64,000 nt of DNA from an uncultured virus (IMG/VR IMGVR_UViG_3300012933_000135) (Duplodnaviria; Heunggongvirae; Uroviricota; Caudoviricetes), in the IMG/VR virus record IMGVR_UViG_3300012933_000135; one strand, given 5' to 3'. This document shows, piece by piece, positions 10,900 through 20,207 of this stretch. Within the stretch, counting starts at the first letter, position 1; each line of letters opens with the position of its first letter. The notes under the pieces are model-generated. The model saw only the letters and a list, made by a program, of their open reading frames with translations. It ran no database searches and had not been told where the DNA came from. Both the position numbers and the translations under genes were made by a program.

Positions 10900-11651
10900 T
10901 TCAATCTGCCTTTCTTTACTATTGGGGTCACTAGCTTAGCCATATAACTTTTAAAATGTTTTGCTCTTTGTTCTAGCCCTAACATCTTTCTTCCGTTGAC
11001 TGCTTTAGTCACTGCGGCCACGTTCTTTATGTTTGCTACAACTGGTTTAACTCTGTTCTTCCAGAACCAAATGCTCGCGGTGGCAGCAGTTGTTGGATCT
11101 TTAAGTAGTTCAGGTTTCTTATCTACAGGAATTCCAGAATCCTTAGCGAACTGCGTATAGTTGTATCGTCCTGTTAACTGTATGTATCCTCTGCCTTTGT
11201 AACGCTGACCATCTCCGGGCTGTGTGTTCCCAAGGACTTTAGCTGTTTTATTAGCAGCTGGATTTTGTAAATTTGGTTCGTACAATGCTTGATACTGATT
11301 AGGTAGCTCTTCTAGTGCGGTGAAGCCCGCCGTTTCTACCTTGCACTGAGCTAAAAATGCTGCGAGCTCTGCACCTACAATACCGGCTGCTCGAGCAGCT
11401 TGCTCTAAGTGTGAGCCTAAACTACTGGGCTCTAGTTTTAAGCCCGGTGCTGTAGCTGTAGTTGATAACCCTGCGGGTGCGGCAGTAGCTTTTAGTCCAG
11501 TTCCTGTAACAGGTACAACTGACTTTTTAACTGGTGCAGGTACAGGAGCAGGCCCTGGATCAGGTGCTACGATAATACCAGAACCTGGTATGTTTGACCT
11601 GTCAACAGGTGCTGCTACTTTCTTAGTAGGTTTAAACTCATACAAACGCAT
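10896..11651 (-). CDS. Glycoside hydrolase family 19 (chitinase-like peptidoglycan hydrolase)
   Basis: AAFLAQC.VET...LGN..PGDG.RYKGRGYIQLTGRYNY...WFW...VTK.VNG. Confidence 0.9.
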   Translation of the reverse strand: MRLYEFKPTKKVAAPVDRSNIPGSGIIVAPDPGPAPVPAPVKKSVVPVTGTGLKATAAPAGLSTTATAPGLKLEPSSLGSHLEQAARAAGIVGAELAAFLAQCKVETAGFTALEELPNQYQALYEPNLQNPAANKTAKVLGNTQPGDGQRYKGRGYIQLTGRYNYTQFAKDSGIPVDKKPELLKDPTTAATASIWFWKNRVKPVVANIKNVAAVTKAVNGRKMLGLEQRAKHFKSYMAKLVTPIVKKGRLK

Positions 11652-11658
11652 CCAGTAT

Positions 11659-12483
11659 TTAGCTAGATTCTGATGCCAACCATTCGTAAATGTTAAGCCA
11701 CTTGCGCTTGCCTACTGTTTCCTTTAAATGCGTTAGATCAGCGCATGTAGACGTTCGCATACGCGATTGCTCTGCTAGCGGAACAGGTTCAAACTCGATA
11801 GGAACACCCTCTTGTTCTGCTATTTCTTCAGCGATATCTAAGAAGCTGTGTGCTAGTCCTGCGCCACAATTCCATATGCCTGAGCCGTTAACTGTTTTGA
11901 TGAAGTCAACGTGCAGTTTACACACGTCTCCAACCCAAGTCCAATCTCTCTTGACAAACTCGGCATTTTCCCATACAACAATCCTATGCTCTTTCTTTGC
12001 CTGTTCGCGCCACTTGTGTATTGCATTAGCTCGTGTGCCGCGTAGGTGCATGTACTTGCCGTAGACGTTGAAGTACCGAAATCCTTGTACCATTACGTGT
12101 TGTTCTTGTTGGAATACCCAACGATCAAATAGGTACTTACTCCATGCGTAGGGAGTTTGTGGGTAACAGGGAGCTAGTTCGCTAAAGTCTTTAGTGTTGC
12201 CGTACACTGAGCTAGAACTAGCATATTGAAAGTGTACCCCGAACTTGTTACACTCATTGAACAGCCATTGCGAGAACTCGTAGTTCTGCTTCATCATAGC
12301 ATCTGCATCAGTGCATGACATATCTGCAATAGCCCCTAGATGAACCACCCAGTCGTAGCTTGCTACATTTGGGCGATCCGTAGGATGCCATGTCCAACCA
12401 TCGACCTGCCAGCCCTCGGCTGCAAGCCAGTTCACCATGTTACGACCGATGAACCCTTCGTGACCTGTTACTAGTACTTTCAT
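11659..12483 (-). CDS. NAD-dependent epimerase, ADP-L-glycero-D-manno-heptose 6-epimerase-like
   Basis: VTG..GFIG, HLGA, YASSSSVYG, YAWSKYLFD, FRYFNVYG; start MKVLVTG at 12483. Confidence 0.8.
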   Translation of the reverse strand: MKVLVTGHEGFIGRNMVNWLAAEGWQVDGWTWHPTDRPNVASYDWVVHLGAIADMSCTDADAMMKQNYEFSQWLFNECNKFGVHFQYASSSSVYGNTKDFSELAPCYPQTPYAWSKYLFDRWVFQQEQHVMVQGFRYFNVYGKYMHLRGTRANAIHKWREQAKKEHRIVVWENAEFVKRDWTWVGDVCKLHVDFIKTVNGSGIWNCGAGLAHSFLDIAEEIAEQEGVPIEFEPVPLAEQSRMRTSTCADLTHLKETVGKRKWLNIYEWLASESS

Positions 12484-12650
12484 AGTACTATTTAATTCTT
12501 GCAATTAATTCGTCTGCTTCTTTGAAATCGTGTGCATCTAACATCTGCTCAATGACCATCTCTCTTAGAACATCTAGTTCAATAAGGTCAACTTGATGTA
12601 ATGAATAAGGCTGTGTCCAACTGGTGCTGAATAGTTTTTTAGGTTCCATA

Positions 12651-12917
12651 TTAGCCTTCTGAGTTCTTTAGAATGTACCAAGTCATATCGCTAGCTTCTA
12701 ATCTAACTAGGTCACTTGGGTACTTGTTAGTGTTGCCGTAGATCTTATATTTGCTCACAGCAGGAATAACACCTACCATCTTGTTGTTCAACTTCATTAC
12801 TTTGCCGAACTCAAGGCTATTTCGAATAGGATAAGCAACAAAGTCGCCTACAGCGATAACACGACCTAACTTGTCTTTGTGGACAATCGGTGCTTTAGGT
12901 TCTCTTAATGATGTCAT
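12651..12917 (-). CDS. Hypothetical protein (SH3/KOW-like, DKLGR.I..GD.V)
   Basis: ORF track; in tightly packed operon. Confidence 0.55.
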   Translation of the reverse strand: MTSLREPKAPIVHKDKLGRVIAVGDFVAYPIRNSLEFGKVMKLNNKMVGVIPAVSKYKIYGNTNKYPSDLVRLEASDMTWYILKNSEG

Positions 12918-13099
12918 ACGTGATCATCCATTCCGAAGTGAACATCATGCAAGCACTTGGCTGCATCAGTGTAGCCGTTATTACGAAGCGTCTGAATACA
13001 GTCTTCTATAATTAATTGACTCAGTAGTTGAGCACGACTAGCAAGCTCAGGAGCCGCATAGTTAGCGTTCTTCATTAGTTCTTTAATACGTTGGTTCAT
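12914..13099 (-). CDS. Hypothetical protein (MN.RIKEL-type)
   Basis: Overlapping start/stop; N-terminus similar to the neighbouring ORF. Confidence 0.55.
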   Translation of the reverse strand: MNQRIKELMKNANYAAPELASRAQLLSQLIIEDCIQTLRNNGYTDAAKCLHDVHFGMDDHV

Positions 13100-13359
13100 T
13101 TCTTAGCCTCGTGTAGTTTTCCATAACCAAATTCTAGTTGTATCCACGGACGATCAACTTCGTCACTCCAGTCTCTGTCGCCGGTGTAGTATGCACGTTC
13201 AGCGACCTGCGTAAGTGTTTCTTCTACAATCATACGAGCAAACGTCTCGTGATAGACTTCGAGCCACTTGTCAGGAGCAAGGCCGTGTGGTACACTTGCC
13301 TTTGCTTTAGTCACAATCGTTTGAATTCGTTCGTTCATAGTGTTCATTACGTTTTCCAA
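13096..13359 (-). CDS. Hypothetical protein (MNERI-type)
   Basis: ORF track; resembles 12914-13099. Confidence 0.55.
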   Translation of the reverse strand: MENVMNTMNERIQTIVTKAKASVPHGLAPDKWLEVYHETFARMIVEETLTQVAERAYYTGDRDWSDEVDRPWIQLEFGYGKLHEAKK

Positions 13360-13627
13360 AAATGACTTGTATCAGTTTAACTAGTGCCCACATAGCAATA
13401 GCAAAGCCAATAGTAGCACATCCCATTCTAATTACTTCTTCAGCAATCGTAATAGAAATGTCTAAACGGAAATCAGGACTTGGTATCATTTTCTTCTTCT
13501 TTCTTTCTAAAGTACTGTACCCAGTCGTACAGTATTTGAACTTGTTCTTCTAGCTTTTCAACTCGATCTTCGAGTTCGTCGATCTGCCCTGACTGGTGAG
13601 CATCAACTATAAAATTCCATACGCCCA

Positions 13628-13954
13628 TTATAGATCCTTTGTATGCTTACAAGCACCCCGAAATGTAAATCCGGCGCAGGTGCATGTTTTTGCATCAGGA
13701 TCTACATAATATACAGCACCCTTACTACCCTGCACTTCAACAAGGTTAGACTTTACTTTAACTTTAAATGGATTGGCTTTGAGCTTTTCGAACTTGCGTC
13801 CACTCTTGCTGAATCCTTTAATAGGGTTCTTAAAGTAAAACGGTTTAGTGTCGCCTACTTTAATATATGCAACTAAGTTATTACCATCTAGCAAATACGT
13901 ATGGTTGGCAGTAGTGCCATCGTTCCAAACTGTGATTTCTTTAATTGCTTCCAT
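13628..13954 (-). CDS. SWIM-type zinc finger protein
   Basis: C-terminal CTC.GF.FRG.CKH; directly downstream of a sigma70-like promoter. Confidence 0.7.
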   Translation of the reverse strand: MEAIKEITVWNDGTTANHTYLLDGNNLVAYIKVGDTKPFYFKNPIKGFSKSGRKFEKLKANPFKVKVKSNLVEVQGSKGAVYYVDPDAKTCTCAGFTFRGACKHTKDL

Positions 13955-13983
13955 GATAACCTTTCTACTGTCTGTATGCCACT

Positions 13984-14056
13984 ATTATATACAAATACCT
14001 TTTGGCTGTCAAGATGTTTGGCAAGTGTTGACATTACCGGAAGTTGAAGTTATACT
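13984..14056. promoter_or_regulatory. Back-to-back divergent sigma70-type promoters
   Basis: Minus: TTGACA (14012-14007) N17 TATAAT (13989-13984). Plus: TTGACA (14028-14033) N17 TATACT (14051-14056). Confidence 0.85.
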
Positions 14057-14160
14057 ACATCTGTTGCTTAGGAATTAATGAGCAATCTGCTTGTGTTGCA
14101 GGCAGTAAACAAACCCAATCCGTGCTTGTGTTACAGGTACATTTCTAAAGGAAAAACAAA

Positions 14161-15360
14161 ATGGCATATCATCCAAAACTCGTAGCTGCATTTGGTGCAG
14201 ACTTAACCAAATTGCTGGGCACACCAGCCAATCGTGTACAGTGGAGCGCACTGTCACTCGTCGAGCAAGAGTCTCGACTAAAACGAATTCCAGAGTATGT
14301 TAATACTCGCTCACTGGGCAAGCAGCCCACCCTAGTTGATGTTATGGTGTTCGCACTAAACAAACTGGTGATGATGGGTACAGATAACCCATTGCTTGGC
14401 ATCGACTTGCCAATGTATAATAGTCTGCAAGATGCGGCTAATGTACTGCAAACAAACAGTTTGAACTATGCTGCAAACAACTTGCAGCCGCTAGACAAGC
14501 TGGTTAAGAACGCAGAGAAGCAACGTGATGTGTTCCTGCGTCACATCTTTAAGGACATTGTGTTCCGCTTCAACCCTGCACTGGTGTTGCCGGGCGTGGG
14601 ACGTTTGAACAGCAAAGGTTGGCTGTTCGTTAACGATGCACAACACCGAACATTGGGTTGTATTGTGCTCGGCATTGAGCAAGTGCCAATCAACTTTATC
14701 ACTAGCGACGACGAGTTTTGGGACGTATCGCAATACGCCGCTCTGAACATCCACAGTCTTGTGGCTAGTGAGTATGACCGCTATCGTATTCGTGTTCAAC
14801 GTGAAAATGCTGCTCGTGAAGCCGGTATGCCTAGTGAGCCAGAAGACGCAATTAGTTACGAACTCAACGAGTTGTTCAACAACTTGGGTATCGAAGTTAC
14901 TGAGAAGAGCGACACTGGTAGCAAGGCGCTGGTGCTTACTAGTATCGGTAACATGATCAAGTACCGAATCACATTCGGTCAAGACCACTTTGCTCGGGCA
15001 ACTACAATCAACGCTCAGTTGTTCCCAACTAGCAAGTTCCAAACTGCAAACAGCTGGGGCTTGATGGAGTTCTTCCGTTATCAGAACTTGAAAGAAGACG
15101 ACGCGACTGTAGACTTTGCAATCATGCAAGCTCTGCGTATGCGCTGGCTGAAGAACAATGCAGGTAACCAACTGCACAAGAACATCAAGGATGCTTACAA
15201 AGACCAAACGTCTGCGACCTATAGCAATAGTCGTGTTCCAGAAGAAATGATTATTGCGCACGGTATCTGGCAAGTGTGCAAAAAGTACGCACCGCAGATT
15301 AAGTGGGCAGAGCCAGCATGGCCAAGTGGCACTAAGAAGTTTAAGTTGGCGTTGGTCTAA
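14161..15360 (+). CDS. ParB/Srx-like (DGQHR-type) domain protein
   Basis: QR...HI..I...FNP...LFVNDAQHRTL...LG...VP; SD AAGGA upstream. Confidence 0.65.
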   Translation: MAYHPKLVAAFGADLTKLLGTPANRVQWSALSLVEQESRLKRIPEYVNTRSLGKQPTLVDVMVFALNKLVMMGTDNPLLGIDLPMYNSLQDAANVLQTNSLNYAANNLQPLDKLVKNAEKQRDVFLRHIFKDIVFRFNPALVLPGVGRLNSKGWLFVNDAQHRTLGCIVLGIEQVPINFITSDDEFWDVSQYAALNIHSLVASEYDRYRIRVQRENAAREAGMPSEPEDAISYELNELFNNLGIEVTEKSDTGSKALVLTSIGNMIKYRITFGQDHFARATTINAQLFPTSKFQTANSWGLMEFFRYQNLKEDDATVDFAIMQALRMRWLKNNAGNQLHKNIKDAYKDQTSATYSNSRVPEEMIIAHGIWQVCKKYAPQIKWAEPAWPSGTKKFKLALV

Positions 15361-15857
15361 TGAAAAACTACGTTGCGATCAATGAGAGCATTGCAACTCG
15401 TGCTCCTTACACGAGCTTTGACGAAGCTACGTATTACAACATGCGTATCTTTAATAAGTTCTGTGAGGAGCGTGATTACAAGCGTGTCGCAATCTTCGGC
15501 TACTACAAATCAAACTATAAGTGGACAGATGCAGAAGCCGAGGAGATGTACGCCAAGGCTCCAGATGGTTGGACTGATGGACTAGGTATCTATCGTTCAT
15601 ACGACTGGGGCAAGGGTGCTAACAAGATCAAGGCAGGTGAAGACTGGGAATGGCACGAACCACAACTGGATCACATTGTGCCGCGTTCACGTGCTAAGGC
15701 AATGGGTTGGGCAACTAAGGATATCAATCATCCTAGTAACTTCCAAGTGCTGCCTGCATTCTTAAATCGAATCTTAAGTAATCTTACAGACGAGCAAGCG
15801 CCTGCTATTTTGCCGTTAATCATTGCACAATTTCCATCTGTTATTAAATCACTATGA
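15360..15857 (+). CDS. HNH-type nuclease domain protein
   Basis: QLDHIVPRS...NHPSNFQVLPAFLN; TAATG overlap with the upstream gene. Confidence 0.65.
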   Translation: MKNYVAINESIATRAPYTSFDEATYYNMRIFNKFCEERDYKRVAIFGYYKSNYKWTDAEAEEMYAKAPDGWTDGLGIYRSYDWGKGANKIKAGEDWEWHEPQLDHIVPRSRAKAMGWATKDINHPSNFQVLPAFLNRILSNLTDEQAPAILPLIIAQFPSVIKSL

Positions 15858-16267
15858 CTAAAGCTATTATTGACCTTGAAACATGGACACCAAGTGTAAT
15901 GAGCAACACTACTGGTGGTATACATCCTTGGCAAAAGGATGCACTTAACAACCTTTATGGCGGAATTGCCCGCGGTGAAATGAGCATCATCAGCTCGGGC
16001 AGGCAATCTGGTAAGAGTTACTATCAACAGTTGCTAGCCGAATATTTCCATGAATTCCGCTCACCTGCATATGAGCAAGTTAGTTCCGAACTGGTTGATG
16101 GCGAGCGGTGGATGACTGTAAAATGTAATAAAGAAACTGCCGCGTGGGTACGTGAGCAGAATAAGAAGTATGTATATGAGCATTCGGGCAGCTATCAATC
16201 ACTGTTCGACATACACGAAAAGCTCTATACAATGCTTAAGATTAGATTTACACCAAATGGCATTTAA
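15854..16267 (+). CDS. Hypothetical protein: P-loop-like N-terminal segment plus FxLRW-family-like C-terminal domain
   Basis: GGIARGEMSIISSGRQSGKS; ends LYTMLKIRF. Confidence 0.55.
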   Translation: MTKAIIDLETWTPSVMSNTTGGIHPWQKDALNNLYGGIARGEMSIISSGRQSGKSYYQQLLAEYFHEFRSPAYEQVSSELVDGERWMTVKCNKETAAWVREQNKKYVYEHSGSYQSLFDIHEKLYTMLKIRFTPNGI

Positions 16268-16646
16268 CTTTAACGACTATTTAAACTATACTCAACATCC
16301 AACTGACTATTACAAAGTCTTTGAATCTAGGTTTGAAGCTAGGATAGAAGACAGTAAAGACTACAAACAGTATATACGAACTAACCCTTACCCTGTATGG
16401 GATAATCGAGTACCTTACGACATGGAAGCTAAAGTTGTGCCCATGAAGTGTATTCACTTGACTCATGATAATCTTGAACGACTAGTCAGAGAACAAGAGC
16501 GTATGGAAGATCTACAAAGCGATGCCAACTACGGCAAGAAACTTTGTAATATGCTTAGAGCAGATGAACGAGTGCGCGACGATAATCCAGCTGTGCAGAA
16601 AGCCTACAGAAACTATCTTGCACTATTAGAACTAGCAAGGAAATAA
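16257..16646 (+). CDS. Hypothetical protein
   Basis: Start MAFNF; C-terminal NPAVQKAY..Y motif. Confidence 0.6.
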   Translation: MAFNFNDYLNYTQHPTDYYKVFESRFEARIEDSKDYKQYIRTNPYPVWDNRVPYDMEAKVVPMKCIHLTHDNLERLVREQERMEDLQSDANYGKKLCNMLRADERVRDDNPAVQKAYRNYLALLELARK

Positions 16647-16738
16647 CATGACATTAATAGACATCAAAGAGATACTAGCGGCACTGCTGGTCGTTGTTGT
16701 AGTCATAGGCATCATTGAAAAGATCCGTGGAGATCACA

Positions 16739-17110
16739 ATGATTAAAGGCATTATGTCTGGATCTGGCATAAATGTACAAGGTGGTCACACATCCTTTCC
16801 GTATGTGCCACAGAACAGTAGCAATCCTATCCAGGGAATGTTGCGAATGAATGGACAGGATATTCAAGTGTTCGACGGATCAAGCTGGATAAATTTAGGG
16901 AATAGCTTTGCCACTGTAGAGCTTAACGGCGAAACTCAAGCTATCTTGCAATGGGCACGTGAGCAACGTGACAAACAATTCAAGCGTGAACAGTTGATTA
17001 AGACTAACCCATCGCTACAGAAAGCAATGGAAGCCATTGAGCGAGCAGAAGCTAACTTTGACATCCTGGCTAAGTTTGTAGAGAACGACAGTGCATCCGT
17101 TACAATATAA
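16739..17110 (+). CDS. Hypothetical protein
   Basis: Start MIKGI after GGAG; C-terminal NPSLQKA motif. Confidence 0.6.
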   Translation: MIKGIMSGSGINVQGGHTSFPYVPQNSSNPIQGMLRMNGQDIQVFDGSSWINLGNSFATVELNGETQAILQWAREQRDKQFKREQLIKTNPSLQKAMEAIERAEANFDILAKFVENDSASVTI

Positions 17111-17372
17111 ACGGCCCAACGAGTTTGATCGAGCTACTACCGAGTACTTGGCCAAGTTCCCACTCAAGGTGCGGGTTACACTTGGCCATAGCTATACACC
17201 CTACTTCAAAGAGTTCTACGGATGGTGCTGTACTAACTTAGGAACTCCTTACAAAGATTGGTTTATTGTTAGCGTATCCAAAAGCGACTACTTGTTACAT
17301 ATATCCAATCCAAAGTGGTTAAGCATTTTGGCATTACGCTTTCCAGACCGTGTTGACATACAAGCATTCTAG
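17091..17372 (+). CDS. Small FxLRW-family-like protein
   Basis: WC..NLG....DW...ILALRF. Confidence 0.55.
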   Translation: MHPLQYKRPNEFDRATTEYLAKFPLKVRVTLGHSYTPYFKEFYGWCCTNLGTPYKDWFIVSVSKSDYLLHISNPKWLSILALRFPDRVDIQAF

Positions 17373-17381
17373 TGCTATAAT
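17353..17381 (+). promoter_or_regulatory. sigma70-type promoter, probably giving a leaderless mRNA
   Basis: TTGACA N17 TATAAT; ATG at 17388. Confidence 0.8.
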
Positions 17382-17387
17382 TGTCAC

Positions 17388-17618
17388 ATGAGCTTTACAA
17401 CGACATCACAACGAGAGATTAAGACTGTACGTCAAGGTGAACCTAACTTTATGTTGACTGACGGTATGATGGTCTATCCCCGGGCTATGTTGCATGTATT
17501 ACCGGAATGCCCGCACCACATAGCAATGGCTATATCAGAAGCATCACGCAACGGCTGGCTCAAATGCGTAGCCCATGTTCAAGGAAAGGAACTCACGTGG
17601 CAAGAACTGACCAAATGA
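17388..17618 (+). CDS. Hypothetical protein
   Basis: ORF track; promoter immediately upstream. Confidence 0.6.
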   Translation: MSFTTTSQREIKTVRQGEPNFMLTDGMMVYPRAMLHVLPECPHHIAMAISEASRNGWLKCVAHVQGKELTWQELTK

Positions 17619-17773
17619 CTTTTAGGCATTGGGTTCACGAGATGTGGACACAAAACAAAGATGAGCTCTTTGAGTTTCGTCAAATGCCTTATGATCAATC
17701 TGAGTACTTTAACAAATACAAGTACTGGCTCAAAAGAGAATACAAACATCAAATGGATAAACAAAATGGATAA
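17615..17773 (+). CDS. Hypothetical protein
   Basis: MTFRHW start, ATGA overlap. Confidence 0.5.
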   Translation: MTFRHWVHEMWTQNKDELFEFRQMPYDQSEYFNKYKYWLKREYKHQMDKQNG

Positions 17774-17939
17774 ATTTCAAAACTGGTTTTCAGACTACAA
17801 CACAGAGATCACATGGTTCCTTGTTGGCATGTTATTTGAAAACTGTATCAATCATCTAGCACGAGGCATGTTTGGTATGGCACTGCTGGATGTTCTAATT
17901 GCAGGCGTTAACATTTATTTTTGGAAGACTAGAACATGA
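17766..17939 (+). CDS. Small membrane protein
   Basis: Two hydrophobic segments. Confidence 0.5.
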   Translation: MDKFQNWFSDYNTEITWFLVGMLFENCINHLARGMFGMALLDVLIAGVNIYFWKTRT

Positions 17940-18295
17940 TTGAATCCATCTTTATCCTTTTAGCATTGCTGTTTATCAAACATTGGTATGTTGACTTTGT
18001 TGATCAATCCGAGGAAGAAGTTGCACACAAAGGCAAGTATCTTAATTGGCTCGGAGTTAAGCATAGTCTTAAGCACGGTATTGCTACAGCTATCATCTTC
18101 TCCTTCACGGGCATTGGCGCTGTCTTTTACGTGTTTATCGGCATTGTTGATTTTGTCTTGCACTATCACATTGACTGGACTAAGATGAACTACGGTAATC
18201 GAGACATAACAACTCCGCAGTTCTGGAATCATCTTGGGTTAGATCAACTGGCTCACTACATTACATATTTGGGATTGGTCTGGTTAGTTGCATGA
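17936..18295 (+). CDS. DUF3307-like membrane protein
   Basis: KH...DF...HSLKH...HYHID..K...DQLAH His-rich TM pattern. Confidence 0.65.
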   Translation: MIESIFILLALLFIKHWYVDFVDQSEEEVAHKGKYLNWLGVKHSLKHGIATAIIFSFTGIGAVFYVFIGIVDFVLHYHIDWTKMNYGNRDITTPQFWNHLGLDQLAHYITYLGLVWLVA

Positions 18296-18483
18296 AAGAC
18301 ATTGTACTCGCTATCCTTGCAACGGCCTTAGCATGTATCATATTGCTCAAGGCTCCTCCATCTGACGGCAAAGTCTACGATTGCAGCCTAGCTGAGTTCC
18401 ATCCTGACTATCCTCCTGAGGTCAAAGAAGGATGCAGGAAGTATCGAAAACAACGTAAAGACGTAACATCGTACTCCACATGA
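18292..18483 (+). CDS. Small membrane-anchored hypothetical protein
   Basis: N-terminal TM segment; YDCSLAEFHPDYP..V...C. Confidence 0.55.
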   Translation: MKDIVLAILATALACIILLKAPPSDGKVYDCSLAEFHPDYPPEVKEGCRKYRKQRKDVTSYST

Positions 18484-18740
18484 AAGCCATTCAGCTATCT
18501 AAGAGGCAGTGGAGTACTATTCGAACCTTGTTGCAGGACGAATATCCAAAGACTGTTTTCATGTTGCGTGGCAAAATGAGACAGGTGTTGGGCTTTACTG
18601 TTAGAGAGCATCAAGAGTTTGTTCCTAAACTGTCTGGCGGGTATTACGAAAATCAAATATGTCTAGACTTTTATAGTGAGAGAAAAAGAACTATGTTCTT
18701 GCTAAAATTTAGCGAGCTGTTAGGTAAGGAGAAGGTATGA
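18480..18740 (+). CDS. Small FxLRW-family protein
   Basis: LDFYSE..RTMFLLKF. Confidence 0.6.
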   Translation: MKAIQLSKRQWSTIRTLLQDEYPKTVFMLRGKMRQVLGFTVREHQEFVPKLSGGYYENQICLDFYSERKRTMFLLKFSELLGKEKV

Positions 18741-18988
18741 ACTATCCAGAAGAAGTTGAGTTCGAGTGTTTAAAAGAAAAGTATGAAACACTTAAACTCG
18801 ACAATGCAAAATTACAAGAAGAACTAAAAAGATTGTTCGGTATCGAACGTCCGTTCATTTGTGGCAACATCGGAGAGATTGACGATGATGGATTGCCTAG
18901 TGCCATTCTAGTCTGTCCAGCTTACGGATCAGACGATGTGGCTATCTATAAGAAGCACATGACAATTCCAGCAGGTAACGAAGAATGA
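18737..18988 (+). CDS. Hypothetical protein
   Basis: ORF track; overlapping start/stop. Confidence 0.55.
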   Translation: MNYPEEVEFECLKEKYETLKLDNAKLQEELKRLFGIERPFICGNIGEIDDDGLPSAILVCPAYGSDDVAIYKKHMTIPAGNEE

Positions 18989-19206
18989 AACAAGTTGAAG
19001 TTGGTATGTTTAGACTTCCAGGATTGTCTTTTGAAAAAGGACAAATCTCAACAGATCTAAACGAAGAGATGGTTGCATGGGCACAGGCTGAAGGTGTAGG
19101 TATGAGCATGACAGAGAATCTGTGGAGCTTCAGGAAAGAGTCACACCGAGAATGGTTTATCATGCGCTGGATTGATCGTATTCCAAAGATTGAAAAGGAT
19201 GATTGA
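18985..19206 (+). CDS. Small FxLRW-family protein
   Basis: WSFRKESHREWFIMRW. Confidence 0.65.
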   Translation: MKQVEVGMFRLPGLSFEKGQISTDLNEEMVAWAQAEGVGMSMTENLWSFRKESHREWFIMRWIDRIPKIEKDD

Positions 19207-19603
19207 GTACTGTCGCAGAGTATGGCAAGAGTTTAAGGATCGCCGCTTCCTAGAACGAAATAACTGTAGTTCATGGGATGCCTACAATAGGCAAACAGAT
19301 CCTGACACTGCACAAAATGCTCTTCACATTGTTGAATGGTATCACGGGTACCCATACATTTGTATGTTTGAATCAGCAGACATTCCAGGTGATTGGTTAG
19401 CAACTCTAACCGACATGAAGGATTGGTGCTATGAGAATTGCAGAGGCAAGTGGCGATCGGATATACATCGGGTACACAAGATGTCTGACATTCATGCAGA
19501 TGTCTATGTACTAAACGAACTAGGCGGCTACGATTATTTGTTTGTAGCGTTCAAGGATCAAGTAGACTACACATGGTTCATGTTAAGATGGGGAAGTAAA
19601 TGA
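19199..19603 (+). CDS. FxLRW-family protein
   Basis: DWC...AFKDQVDYTWFMLRWG. Confidence 0.65.
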   Translation: MIEYCRRVWQEFKDRRFLERNNCSSWDAYNRQTDPDTAQNALHIVEWYHGYPYICMFESADIPGDWLATLTDMKDWCYENCRGKWRSDIHRVHKMSDIHADVYVLNELGGYDYLFVAFKDQVDYTWFMLRWGSK

Positions 19604-19920
19604 GTACGATAAACGACTACGTAAATGCCGCCGCTAAACAAATGGCCAAGGACATTGACACAGAAGTCTTAATGGGTGCTATGGGTTGGAATTTGTTTGA
19701 GTACAGTGATGGTCGTGTCTATGGCGCACGTTATCTAACAGTACATCCGCTCAACGGTGCTAAGTGGAATGAAATGATGGAGTGGATGGTCGAGACATTT
19801 GGTCCAACAGCACACGATGGAGTATGGACTCCGGGTATGCGTTGGTATGCTAACAATGCCAAGTTCTGGTTCCGCAATCAAAAGGATCTAGACTGGTTCG
19901 TATTACGGTGGGCATCATGA
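19600..19920 (+). CDS. FxLRW-family protein
   Basis: EWMVETFG...RW...WFRNQKDLDWFVLRWA. Confidence 0.65.
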   Translation: MSTINDYVNAAAKQMAKDIDTEVLMGAMGWNLFEYSDGRVYGARYLTVHPLNGAKWNEMMEWMVETFGPTAHDGVWTPGMRWYANNAKFWFRNQKDLDWFVLRWAS

Positions 19921-20207
19921 GTAGATTTGCAGGCGCACTTCAAGCAGAAGAATCATTCCGTCAATGGGACAACGAGAAACGGGCACGGCGTGAGCAATAT
20001 TGGAACGCACTGTTTTCAATGCGTAAAGAATACTTGTTAGAGAATACAGGTGTGTATGATCTAACAAGCCGGCCGACTATGCACTACTGGGCAGAACGTA
20101 AGTACGGATTTAAAATGGGACTAGATGGTGAAGGTAATTATACCAAAGACTACGAAGTTACCGAACCTAAGAAGTTTATGATATTTCAAATCAAGTATTG
20201 GAAATGA
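19917..20207 (+). CDS. FxLRW-family-like protein
   Basis: ends KKFMIFQIKYW. Confidence 0.55.
   Translation: MSRFAGALQAEESFRQWDNEKRARREQYWNALFSMRKEYLLENTGVYDLTSRPTMHYWAERKYGFKMGLDGEGNYTKDYEVTEPKKFMIFQIKYWK

Noticed and set aside
14491..15273. 260-aa minus-strand ORF
   Set aside because: Fully antisense to the ParB-like gene; no motif or RBS
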